Assembly (NCBI GenBank): GCA_038087875.1
Contig: CM075988.1
Location: forward strand, 20,772,001 to 20,836,000
Reading direction: 5' to 3'
Source of the DNA: Malacoraja senta
Lineage: Eukaryota
DNA: 64,000 nucleotides
Shown piece after piece: positions 48,450 to 61,120 of the stretch. Position numbers and translations under genes: made by a program. Position 1 is the first letter of the stretch; each line of letters starts with the position of its first letter. Under the pieces are notes generated by a model, which saw nothing but the letters and a program-made list of their open reading frames with translations, had not been told where the DNA came from and searched no databases.

Positions 48450-49500
48450 CAGAAGTGATAGGAGCAGAATTAGGCCATTCAGCCCATCCAGTCTACTCCG
48501 CCCTCAAGCATGGCTGATCTATCTCTCCCTCCAATCCCCATTCTCCTGTCTTTTCCACATAACCCCTGACACCTGCACTAATCAAGAATCTATGTCTCTG
48601 CCTTAAAAATATCCATTGACTTGGCCTACACATCCTTCTGTAGCAAATAATTCTGCAGATTCACCACTCTCTGATTAAATAAATTCCTCCTCATTTCTTT
48701 CTTAAAGGAACGTCCTTTAATTCTGAGGCTATGACCTCCAGTCCTAGACTCTCTCCCACCAGTGCAAACATCCTCTCCACATCCATTCTATCCAAGCCTT
48801 TCACTATTCAGTATGTTTCAAGGAGGTCCCCCCTCTTCTAAACTCCAGCGAGTACAGGCCCTGTGCCATCAAACGCTCATCATATGTTAACCCACTCATT
48901 CCTTGGATAATTCTTGTAAACCTCTTCTGGACCCTCTCCAGGTCCAGCACATCCTTCCTCAGATATTGTGCCCAAAATTGCTCACAATACTCCGAATGTG
49001 GCCTGAGCAGTGCCTGATAGAGCATCAGCATTACATCCCTGTTTTTGTATTCTAGACCTCTTGAAATAAATGCTAGCATTGCGTTTGCCACCTTTACTAC
49101 CAATTCGGTTTGTAGATTAACTTTTTGGGAATCCTGCACCAGCACTTCCAGGAGCCTTTGCACCTCCGATTTCTGGATTCTCTCCCCATTTAGAAAATAG
49201 TCTATGCCTGTATTCCTACTACCAAAATGCATGACTCCACACTTTGCTACACTCTATTCCATCTGCCACTTCTCTGCCCACTCTCCCAACCTGTCCAAAT
49301 CCTTCTGCTGAGTCCCTGCTTTTTCTGCTCTACCTGCCCCTCCACCTATTTTCGTATTATCTGCAATCTTGGCCACAAAGCCTTGAATCCCCTCAACCAA
49401 ATCATTCATATAAAATGTGAATAGTAGCGTCCAGATTGTAAAGCACAAGAGTAGCGGCCCCAGCACCGACTCCTGCAGAACTCCGCTAGTCACTGGATCT
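48450..49500 (-). mobile_element. CR1 LINE 3' fragment
   Basis: Minus-strand ORFs with VTSGVLQESVLGP, KIADNTKI, RPHSEYCEQFW, GLYSLEFRR. Confidence 0.88.
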
Positions 49501-50840
49501 GTGCAACTGTCCTGACCTGAAATGTCACCCATAGTTTTTCTCCAATGATGCTGCCTGAGCCGCTGAGTTACTCCGACACTCTGTCCTTCCTTGGTAAATC
49601 AGCATCTGAGGTTCCTTGTTTCTATTACAAGTTGTAAAATCCTATCTGTGACTGACTACTTCCAGCAGAGGAAATCTAATTTAGTCTAGCCTGTGTGACT
49701 CCAGACTTGATAAAATGATTGACAGTTAAAATGCCCTCTGAGAGATGTATTCATACAGCATGATAACAGGCCCATCAGTCTAACTCATCCATGTCAACGA
49801 AATGCCCCATTTAAGCTGGTCCCATTTGTCTACATTGACCCATATCCCTCTAAACCTTTCTTATCCATGCACCTGCCCATTGTCATTGCAAATCCCTTAA
49901 CTACTTCCTCTGCCTTCTGAATGGTTAGCAAACTCTGCAGGGGCAATTGGAGATGGACAGTAAATGCTGACTAATAAATATACATAGATGACCGATCCCT
50001 GGAATTTCATGATAGCATCAAAGTGTGGAATTCAGAATATGTTAGCAGCAGTCAGAGCTTCCAACCCCACATGCAAAACAATGAGTGATTTTGCCTTTGT
50101 TGCATTGGGAACTCTGTGACCTGTCATTAGATGTTGTCAAAAAGTTGGATCTGCATGTGTTGTCATGGAACTAATTGTCATTTCCACTCTGGAGAAGATC
50201 GGAAAAGATGCTCACAGCTTGGAGCTGGATCCCTCCAACTGCCCATCCATTAACTCCCTTTAATATCTTACGCATATCGACAATATACAATGATGATCAT
50301 CAGCTTTAGTCTGTAGTCTAACCCATTAGAGTTCTCTCCAAAGCTACAGAATATTAAGAGCACTGATACAAACAGAACAGGTCCCCTGCATAGCACCTTA
50401 GGCTGCAGAATGTGTAGTTAGTTTCATTCAGATCGTGGTGCATATTTGTGCAGATAATGGCCCAGCTTTGCACATGACTCGTTCAAAAGGATCATCATTT
50501 ATTTGTGGGTTAGTAAACCATTTGGAGCCAAGCTATTTGTTTTGAAAACTGCAGTTTCTGGTCTTAATCATATTTAGAAGAAATTTGTTGACAACTGTGG
50601 CCTATAACAATCGACCATAATGCATTCTTAATGTTCAGCATATGGATTGTTTATGCCACAGTTTGGAAATTTCTCTGTGATCAATACACTAACTAGAATT
50701 TAGTTACAGACGTTATTTGTGTACTGAGTTAAGCAGTTTGTTTAGCCTGTTTGGAAATTAGAGAATGAAGTGTAGTTTCATCTTTCATAAATAAATTGGA
50801 TATTGCTGTTTTGGAACATTTGAGGTTTTTTTTTTTGCAG

Positions 50841-51141
50841 GTATCAAACCTTTTCAATGCGACAGATGTGGAAAAAAGTTCACAAGAGCATACTCCTTAA
50901 AGATGCATCGTCTGAAGCATGAAGGAAAGCGATGTTTCCGATGCCAGATTTGCAGTGCAACCTTTACTTCCTTTGGGGAATATAAGCACCATATGCGCGT
51001 TTCAAGGCACATTATCCGAAAGCCAAGAATCTATGAGTGCAAAACATGCGGCGCCATGTTTACTAATTCTGGAAACCTAATTGTACACCTGAGGAGTCTG
51101 AACCATGAGGCATCGGAATTAGCTTCCTATTTCCAGAGCAG
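50841..51141 (+). CDS. ZBTB44: ZBTB44 coding exon 4 (zinc fingers 2-4)
   Basis: Poly-T gcag|GT acceptor, AG|gtgagg donor. IKPFQCDRCGKKFTRAYSLKMHRLKH...CQIC...YECKTCGAMFTNSGNLIVHLRSLNH. Confidence 0.95.
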
Positions 51142-51399
51142 GTGAGGCTTACCAGTTAAATATTTGCTTTAAAATAAAAAAGCCACATAATGTGGCTTGA
51201 ATGTGTTATTCCTAGAGTAACTTGCACTTGATGAAACGGGTAAAAGTCATGAACGCTGCATGTGACAATAATAAACATGAATCGCTAAAGGTTTGCGATT
51301 ATAAGTATGTTTAGCAGAGATAGACAGAAGATATTTCCATTAGTAGTGAGCTCAAAATTAGGTACCACAAATTTAAGATGGTCACTAATAAATCTCAGG

Positions 51400-51802
51400 T
51401 CGACACACAAAATGCTGGAGTAACTCAGGCAGCATCTCTGGAGAGCAGGGATGGGTGACGTTTCAGGTCGAGGCCCTTCTTCAGACTGATGTCAGGGGAG
51501 TGGGCGGGACAAAGATAGAATGCAGTCAGGGACAGTAAGACTGGTGGAAGAACTGGGAAGGGGGAGGGGATAGAGAGGGAATGCAAGGGCTATTTGAGGT
51601 TAGAGAAGTCAATGTTGATACCGCTGGGGTGTAAACTACCCAAGCAAAATATGAGGTGCTGTTCCTCCAATTTGCGCCTCACTCCGACAATGGAGGAGGC
51701 CCAGGACAGAAAGGTCAGATTGGGAATGGGAGGGGGAGTTGAGGTGCTGAGCAACCATGAGATCAGTTAGGTTAAGACAGACTGAGCAGAGGTGTTCAGC
51801 AA
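51400..51802 (-). mobile_element. Penelope-like element 3' end with hammerhead motif
   Basis: Minus strand HLNSPSHSQSDLSVLGLLH...RKLEEQHLIFCLGSLHPSGINIDF. Hammerhead core at 51457-51484. Flanks ACTAATAAA(A)TCT are repeated on both sides. Confidence 0.82.
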
Positions 51803-53887
51803 ACTAATAAAATCTTGTTAGAAATTCAAATGAAATTTTGAAAGATCCTCGTTAATTATCCTCAGGATCTTGTGTGGAATAACCATATACTCAGTCTTCC
51901 CAACCCAAGATCACACAGCTTAACGTCCGACCTTTCGACGTTCGACCCTTCCTTCAGAAGACAACCTGTGCTGTCCAGGAAACCACCTCTGAACTGCTTA
52001 AATTACAAATGAATAGATTTAGTAAGGAGACCAATGCTGTAGATACTACTGTAGAAATTATAGAGACACAAGAAACTGCAGTGCTGGAGGATCTCAGTGG
52101 ATCAGACAGCAGCTGTGGAGGGAATGGACTGAGTCTGAAGAAGTGTCATGAACTGAAAGGTCGTCTGTCCATTCATCCACGGATATTACCTGACCTGCTG
52201 AGTTGCTCCAGCACCTTGTGTTTTGCTGCAGAAATGATTTTCTTTTTGATTTTAACAGTTTTGTTTATACATTTCCCACTTGTTTTATGCTAATCTGTTT
52301 TTCTTTCGTATATCTAGGTGTAAATAGCATGCTATAGAATATTTCAATGTGTTAAAATACATGTTTAGATTTAAATGGGCTCCCTGAAAGTGTAGATCTT
52401 GACAGCCTAAGTAACACTGCCTCACTGAAACCAATTTCAAATCCATTTAGAAATTGTAATAGCCGGCAGTTCGGCTTGTTCTATTTTTCAGCATTGCTTG
52501 CTATTGTCGGGCTATGCTTCAGGAGATTATAACCAGCCATAATCGTTTTTATTTGAAAACTATTTCAATTTGAATTTCTGCTGTGTGCTCTCTGAATAGC
52601 AATTCTTAACTCTTCGGTTAGGTGAAGGAATGAGTAGAGTTAAACAATCTATTATTTTTAAAAAGCCACAAAGTGCTGGAGTAACTCAGTGGCTCAGGCA
52701 GCATCTCTGGAGAACATGGATTGGTGACATTTAGGGACAGCTGTATTCAAATCTGGGGAAATTCTTGGAATGCTCCAGGATTTTTTTATTGTTGTTTTTC
52801 TTTCAATTCGATCATGGCCCAGCATTTATTGTTCATTCCTGGTTGCCCCTAAACTGAGGAGACAACTAAAGTTTAACCACATTTATAAACGTAAAATCAT
52901 ATGTAGACCAGAGAAGGTAAGAAAGGCATATTTTCTTGCCTGAAGGACAATAATAAAATAGGTGGGTTTTGTAACAATTCAGTCATTCCTTTGCTAGCAC
53001 TATCGAAATGAGCTTTTTTCCATAAATTCCTGATTTCATTTCGATGGTGCGAGGTTTGAAATTTAAAATCTACTCCCCACTGCCTCACACACAATCCAGC
53101 TGCCACGGTGGAGTTCACAGCTGTATCCCTGGATCAGTGGTCCTAAACTTTGCCTGCTAGCCCAGTAACTTAACCAACGTGCTGTGTGTCCACAACACAA
53201 AATACAGTTGTTATTAAGTGAATAAAACTCATACCAAAAGGACAAAATATTTGCTACTAACCAACTGAGGAGAATTCCAGCATCAGTTTAAAATCTCAGG
53301 GTGTTTGTTTTTGATCATTTGCACATTTAAAGTTAAAGTGCAAATTGAGTTGTGTGGGTGGGTTTAGCTTGTTTTAATTAAGCCTGAAACTTGGATTCAC
53401 TAGGTTATTAGTACAGTAACCTAATCGTCACACTAGTACAATGTTCCCAGTTTCTTAAATTTGATCATTTTTATGATTTTCAACTTGCGTTCATTAAAAC
53501 ATGTTATTTATAAAGAATTACTGTTTCCTCGGACAAATCATTGACACTTAAAAAGTATAAAATTAGAAAATGTTTTTTTAACAGTTCGTAAGCTTGGAAT
53601 TTTAAGATGGGAAATAAAACATTGTTGTCTCAATGATTATGTTTGGCCAGGCAAGGTACCATATCCAATTCCTAATCGTCAGTCATTTGTGGAATTGGAG
53701 ATCAGACTGTAAAATATGAATTGCGTTCATATTTTGGTGTTGTCTATTAAAGATTGATCTACTGGTACTACCTTTATTTAAAGTCAATTCTCATTCCAAG
53801 TTTATCTATACTTAGCAATAGTTTGTATTTGGGTATTGAAAGAAACTTGGAACACATGCTAAAATGCAATAATCACTTGTTTTCCAG

Positions 53888-54194
53888 CGACTTCATAGTG
53901 CCAGATTACCTGAAACAGGAGCAAGAAGAAGCCCTTGCTCACTATGACATCGGAGACAATGGTTTTGATAATAACTCAGCAGTGCAGATGCCAGTCATTT
54001 CACAGGTATCCTCCACACAGAACTGTGACAGTGCGTTCCCCCTTGGACACTTGGCTGGACTCATGAACAAGGATGATGAAATAATAGAAGAGCAAAAGAC
54101 AAATGGCTCGGATGTAAATGGAATCCTTGGCGTGAGAGAAGATCTGCACAAGAGAGGTTCTCCAGAGGAAGGACCTCATATCCTTTATAGCTAA
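53888..54194 (+). CDS. ZBTB44: ZBTB44 last coding exon
   Basis: tttccag|C acceptor (phase 2). DFIVPDYLKQEQEE...VQMPVISQVSSTQNC...HILYS*. Confidence 0.88.
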
Positions 54195-57100
54195 GTTAGC
54201 CCTGGTAGTTAAACTTATGTACTTTTGGAGAAAGTGCCTGGACCTGGGTCAAATGATTCTTGGAGCTTTTCTTCCAGACTCTGAACATTTATTTAAAATA
54301 GGTCAACATTACATTATTTGTTTATCAAAAGTTTTGAACAAGTCTGTGAGCGAGCCTTCAATTAGTTACAAGCACATTAAACCACACATTTCTTATTTCA
54401 CACGGCAGTCAAGTACTTTGGATGAAGCCGTGGTACAACTTTTGAACAATGTCTAGAGACCTGAATCCTCCAACAATGTTATACTTTATACTTTAATAAA
54501 AAGCTGCCAATATTAGATGCCTTGTCAAGTTGGCATCGGGGAAGATATTTTGGAATCAAAGTCTAAAATGCTGCATTGATGGATAACAATCTCATCAAGT
54601 TACTGGAAAAAAAATCAAATGTTTAAATGTTCTCTGGCAGAAATTATCTTATGACAGATAAATGGAATATTCTCTTACAGCTAAATTATGTTCACAGGGT
54701 AGGAAATTTCACCAGAATATGAAATATTGTTTTCAGCAAAAAAGTAACTTTGTACGATAATAAAAATGTTTTTATCAACGAGAATTCAAAGCTGGCATTG
54801 TAAATAGAAATATTAGTCTGGATATCTTTTTCTGCACTCCAAATTATACCACATTTCCTTCTATATAGTCAGATATATTCTGGTCACCTGAAGGGAAGTG
54901 GAAGAGTCAAAAGCTATGAGTTATTTGCAGTCAGGCATCTGGCTTACTGATTGCCATTTGACTTTTGCATTCCTTGCTGAAAGGTTTGAAGTTCCCATCA
55001 CTGTTTTTTCCAGTTCAGGAAAGCAGAGCTGCATTCAGCATAGGACCTTGTGACAATTAATGTCTGTCGAGTGTGAAACTAATATATAATTGGTTTCTTG
55101 GCCAACTGGGCTAGAAATGGTGCAATTAACCTTGAGTCAGGAGTTGGCTTCGGAGCCGTTGGCTCTGGGCTGTTGCTGCCAAAGTGTGACCTTACATCGA
55201 CGTGATTTAAACTGGAAATATCCGGACCTTTTTCCAGTACATATTTTACTATTAATCTGAAGTAAAAGTGAATGCATATCTCCTTCAGATATGTTTAGCT
55301 ACTTTTTAGTCTCTTGTAACTTGTGGATGTGTGTTGACATTGACACCACAGTTGGTGGCACGTTAGTGAAAGAGTATTTTTCAGGGAGCTTGTTTGCCTT
55401 GGCTGTTGTTCAATCAGTAGTTTATTGCAAACTTTTCTACACGTTTTTGTGCTACCAGATAACTCGTTTGAAGCTTAAATGTTCAGACTTAGATTTCTAC
55501 GGCTGTTAAGTTTTTTTTAAACAATCTACAAAATTTGCTGTTTTGTGAAGTATTCACCTTTTTAAAGCTATTAATTAAAATTGTTGATCCTTTTGTTAAC
55601 ATGCATAGGGTCATGTAATATTTTGACAATCTGAAGGCATGCTGTGATTGATTAAGGCATGTGTGTTTTAATTTTTTATTTTTAGTATCTTCTGTAGTCT
55701 TGGTATTCAGAATATATACAACGTAGCACTCCTGAGAATAAAGCACAGATAACATTTGATGGTTTGGGCTTATTCAGATAAATGTTTTGTTATACAATAT
55801 CCGTACCAGCAATACTGAAAAATACCTGCTTGGGTAGCTGGCCAGAATATCCTGTTTGGAGTATTAGAAGCTAAAAGTATGCTGGAAGTATTGTCAGAAA
55901 AGCCTCTATTTTTGTGTTAATTGTTAGGGAGTTGGTCTGAATGAAACTCTGATCCATGCACAGAATTCAGTGTTTCAGCAGCTGATGTTAAAGATGAATA
56001 GTTAGTTAATCCAGTTTCTGGGAAAGACAATGACTAAATACAATGTTTTGTATATAGTCAGTCATTTTAATATATTCTATACTTCTTCATTCCCAACTTT
56101 TTTATTATATCTTGCTTAAGATGTTAAGATTGAAGAGTTTTTACTTAATTTCAAATAATACTCAATATCATGAATTCATTTGGGGTTATTTACAGTATGA
56201 ATCAAAACTGGATTTGTTGTTCGTCTCGTAAGGGGAGGGACGGGGCATGGGGGGAATACAGTGGGAGCTAGCATCAAGGAAGATTATTCAGCTCATTGAG
56301 ACTGTTCTATGGAAAATGAAAACCGATACTCGCATCTAATAAGAGGTGGGTGATGCAAAGCTGTGTGTTTCCATTATAAAATCTGCTAAACCATCAATGA
56401 CGCAACACTGTTATTTTTATTTAAATTTCAAAATACCAATTATTACTCTAAGTAGAGCAACAGTAGATAGTTGTTAAACTGAGTTGCTATTATCTTGTTT
56501 CATTTATTAATGATTTTATAATTGTTTTCCATTATTATAAAGATTTTATTCTACCAGTGTGGGCAAATGGTTAAATCAACTAAATGTTGACCACTATTCA
56601 AAACTCAAAGAGAATTGTTGGTACATTCAATGATACTACAGTAATTGTCCTGTCTGTTTATGTGGGCATGGTTGAAGTTAACCATTATATGTATATCGGT
56701 AGTACTAAAAACTGATGTAGTTCCTTCTGTCCTGTATTCAACAAATGTGCATTTTTTATATTGTGTTTATGTTACATTGCAGTCTTCAAAAGTTCAGCAC
56801 TTTGACACTCTACTTGTTGGTGATCTTCAACTTGTAATCCCATCACTGCCGTTACCTATTGCAAGGACATTAATAAAGCTGAGCCTTCAGTGTCCCTGTT
56901 GTGGTCACCTGCTTGTAAATACTGTATAGTCTGATGACTTGGAAATATTGCTAATCTGTTGAGCAACAGACTTTGGATGGAATTTTTGATAGTATGATTG
57001 CCAGTAAATTGGATTTTTCTTTGTTTGTAATCCTTGTTTTTCACCAGCATGGCCCCATGACAGGAGGTTATTGTAAAACATAGCAAAATGCAAAATACAT

Positions 57101-57310
57101 TGTTCTCTGGCTATGGGTTGCTTTATTTATCCTGTTGTGGAGTCTGTCAGTCTTTCTACGTGTATGCGTGCGTGAGTATGTGTGTATATATAAATTGGGA
57201 AAAGTTCACATATTCTATTTTCATGCTCATGATGGTCACAAGAGGCAAGTAGCATTGTATAAAGTTTGATAAAAATAATACTGCAGTTGATAATCTGTGT
57301 GGAAATTATA

Positions 57311-57316
57311 AATAAA
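57311..57316 (+). terminator. Candidate ZBTB44 polyadenylation signal
   Basis: AATAAA followed by a GT/T-rich downstream element. Marks the end of a ~3.1 kb stretch with no recognisable repeats; repeats resume at ~57470. Confidence 0.6.
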
Positions 57317-58059
57317 GCTCTTTACCATTATATACTGCATATTGTGTGTACTTGTAGAAATAACATGGTGTCTTTCCACAATACATTTTTTTTTAAATGT
57401 TATCTAGATTGCTGCTTTGACTTTCTTTGGAATTGAAAGTAAACTACAGAGAAACGGGTATCATTGTATTGATAATGGTTTATTAATGTCACATAAAGCT
57501 GAGATACAGTGAAAAGCTTTGTTTTGCATGCTATCTAGGTAAATCATGCCAAACACGAGTACGAGTACTATTGTTATACTGTAGTGCAAACGGTGGAAAA
57601 TAGTACAATGAAAAATAAACACCAAAGCATGGTGTTACTTACAGAGAACGTGCAGATAATAAAAGTGCAAGGACTGCAACAAGGTATATTAGAAGATTTA
57701 TTTATATAGTTTTATTACGACGGGGGGGAAAGTTATTCTTGAATCGGGTGGGGCGTGTTTTGAAGCTTTTATGTCATGTCCAGCATGAGAGGGAGGCGAG
57801 GGAATTGCCGCAGTGTTAATGTTCCTTGATTATGTTGGCTGCATTCTCGAGGCAGTGTGAGGTATAAATGGAAACGATGATGGGAGGCTGGTTTGCACGA
57901 TGGACTGGACTTTGTTCACAACTCTCTTGCAGTCTTGGCCAAACTAAGTTGTAATGCATCCCAAAATGATACTTTCTATACTGCTTTTAGTGCCTACCCC
58001 TATTTTTTTATCATGGGGTTGATTTTAATGTAATTGATAGAGGAACAGGCTACTATACC

Positions 58060-58790
58060 TAAAAATAATTGTTGGAGGAAATTAGCAGGTCAGGCAGCAT
58101 CTGTGAAGGGAAATGGACAGGTGAAGTTTCGGGTTGGGTCCTTCCGATTAATGGAAGAGAGGAACAATAGCTGGTAGAAAGAGGTGAGGGGAAAGGATGG
58201 GGCAAGAACTGGCAAGTAATAGGTAGATCCAAGTAACAAAGGGTTAATTGGCAGATGAGTTGGGTGGAGGAGAAAAGGGTGGAGATGGTAACCAACGCTG
58301 GAGGTGACAAGTGGCGAAGACACAAGGGTACAAAATGTGGCAAAATCGGATCAGGAATAGATCTGGAGAAGGGAGGGGTGGATGACAAGTAGATGAAGGA
58401 GGTGGAGTGGGGAAAAGGAATTGGGTCACGGGTGGAGTTATGGTAAGAAAGGTAAATGGGGGGGGGGGGTTAGATGAGAAGTGGGAGATGGAGTTTACGT
58501 GAAATTGAATTAAATGTTCCTGCCGTTGGGTTGTAGGCTACCCAAGCGGAAAGTGCAGTACTATTCGTCCAGTTTGCATGTGGCCTCATGCACACAGTGG
58601 GGGTGGCCATGGACATACGGATCGTTATGGAAATGGGAAGGCAAATTTAAATGGCTGGCAACCGATAGCTCCAGCTGGCTCTGGTGAACAGAGACCAAAT
58701 ATTTAACGAAGCAGTAGCCTAATCTCACTGATGTAGAGGAAGCTGCAACAAGAGCACCAAACACACTGGATGAGGCTGGAGGAGATGCAT
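58060..58790 (-). mobile_element. Older Penelope-like fragment covering the GIY-YIG domain
   Basis: ORFs give LIQCVWCSCCSFLYISE (degenerate IY...YIG) and VASHLNLPSH...ATCKLDE, followed by the pLTR. Confidence 0.72.
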
Positions 58791-60659
58791 GAGGCTACAT
58801 TAAAACAATATATTTTCCCATTGCATTCTCTTAAACTGTTTTGGGCTCCAAATAAATTTGCTTGCAAGTATCTAAGGAATGTGGCCATGATGTGCTTTTG
58901 ACTTTTTGCACTATAGTTTATTGAATACTATTCTGGATTCCTTATTCATATTATGTAATGCTGAGATTTTTTAATAACATCAGCGGCTTGGTGCCTGTTG
59001 CGGATGTCTGACAAATTACATTGTGCAAAAAGGAATATTTAAATTAACCTTGCATCTGGTTATAAACTAAATCGATTATTTTGAAAACATTCTCAAAGAG
59101 GAGGATGTTTTAGATTTGTGAAATCATGAACTTCAGTATAATCTCTTTCATTGTAGTACATGAGCTTTAACACATTTTAATCAGTAGCTCAGTTTACAAT
59201 TTAACAATATTTTAGATCCAATTCATTTTAAAACAGTCCTGTCAAATTCTCTTTTTTTTTTATTCACCGGATTTATTTCATTGGAATAGGTTCAGTATGT
59301 CATTTTAACATACATGTTATTTCTAATATGAATTCATTTATAATTTTGTTTTCCAGGACAATATCAAATTGGAATATGGTGATGTCCTTGAATTTTGAAA
59401 CTGAGCTTTAAGCTTACAAATTGATGGGAATTCTGACAGAATTTACATACAAATTGTATTACAATCAGCTAGTCTTGATTTATTAATTTCAAGTGATTGC
59501 GAGTTGATTAAAGGTAAGAACCTCGCTAATCAATTAAAACCTTGAGGTGAATTGGTTTCCTTTTCTAGCATGAGGTTTATTTATCAAAAATTGTTGTTTG
59601 GCCTTTTAAAAGAATGAGTGGGGCCCTGACTGAAAAGTATTAAAACCAGAGATGCCTTGTCAGGATGAATGGGAGATGATGTTACTTATGGGAGACCAGG
59701 ATGGCTTTGATGTCTATGGCAGATGCTCATTCTCCAGGATGCTAGGAGCATATTTCTAGAGTTCAGTTCTGTGTCGGAACGAAGCTGTGGTGACCTCTGG
59801 AGCTGAGGTCTGTGTTGCCAGACCCCAGTCTGGGCATAGGGGAGCAGGTTCATGGTAAGTCAGTCAGTACCACAGTGGCCCATTGGTGGCGCTGCTGCCT
59901 GACAGCACCAGAGATCTGGATCTATCCTGACCTAGGATGGCTGTCTGTGTGGAGCTTGCATGTTCTCCCTGTGACCGTGTGAGTTTTCCCGGGTGCTCCA
60001 GTTTCCTTCCACATCAATGACTTGTGGGTTTGTAGGTTAATTGGCTTCTGTAAATTGCCCCTAGTGTGCAGGGAGTGGATATACAAAAGTAAGTTAACAT
60101 AGAACTAATGTTTAAGAAAGAACTGCAGATGCTGGAAAAATCGAAGGTAGACAAAAATGCTGGAGAAACTCAGTGGATGAGGCAGCATCTATGGAGAGAA
60201 GGAATAGGCGACGTTTTGGGTCGAGACCTTCAGACTGAGCATAGAACTAATGTGAACGGATGGTCGGTGTGGATTCGGTGGGCCGAAGGGACTATTTCCA
60301 TGCTGTATCTTCCAATCAATCGCATTGACAATAACACGTTCCATCACTCTGGATGACGGAGTAAGTTGAAAGAGTGGTAAGTGGATCCTGTATTTTTTTG
60401 TGAATAGAACATACCACATCTGTTTCTCCACGTTCGGAGTGACCTTGAATGCACTGCACAAAACAATTTGTTTTTCCATTATAGTGAGAGTGAGTCAGTT
60501 GAACATAGAGATTGTTCATGACATCACTTGTGGAATGTATTACTAGTAAGATCAGCATGTCTTGCCATCCCTAATTACTCTTGAGAATGTGTGGTGAGTT
60601 TCTGCTTCTGAACAGTTATAAGATCTGAAAGTCGAAGAAAGGCTTGCAGATGTGTGTGC

Positions 60660-61120
60660 AAAACCATGAGAGGAATAGATTGGGTAGATATACGGAGTCT
60701 CTTGCCCAGAGTAGTGGAATCGAGGACCAGAGGACATAGGTTCAAGATGAAGGGGAAAAGATTGAATAGGAATCCGAGGGGTAACTTTTTCACACAAAGG
60801 GTGGTGGGTGTATGGAACAAGGTGCCAGATGAGGTAGTTGAGGTTGGGACTATCCCATAGTTTAAGAAACAGTTAGACAGGTACATGGATAGGACAGGTT
60901 TGGAGGAATATGGACCAAGCGCAGGCAGGTGGGACTAGTGTAGTTGGGATTTGTTGGCCGGTGTGGGCAGGTTGGGCCGAATGGTCTGTTTCCACACTGT
61001 ATCACTCTATGACTCTATGACAGGTTTAGAGGGTTATGGGCCAAAAGCAGGCAGGTGGGACTAGCATAGATGGGACATGTTGGTTGGTGTGGGCAAGGTA
61101 GGTTGAAGGCCTGTTTGCAA
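60660..61120 (+). mobile_element. CR1 3' end, followed by a second 3'UTR copy
   Basis: SRTRGHRFK...FFTQRVV, with an (ACTCTATG)n tail. Confidence 0.8.
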
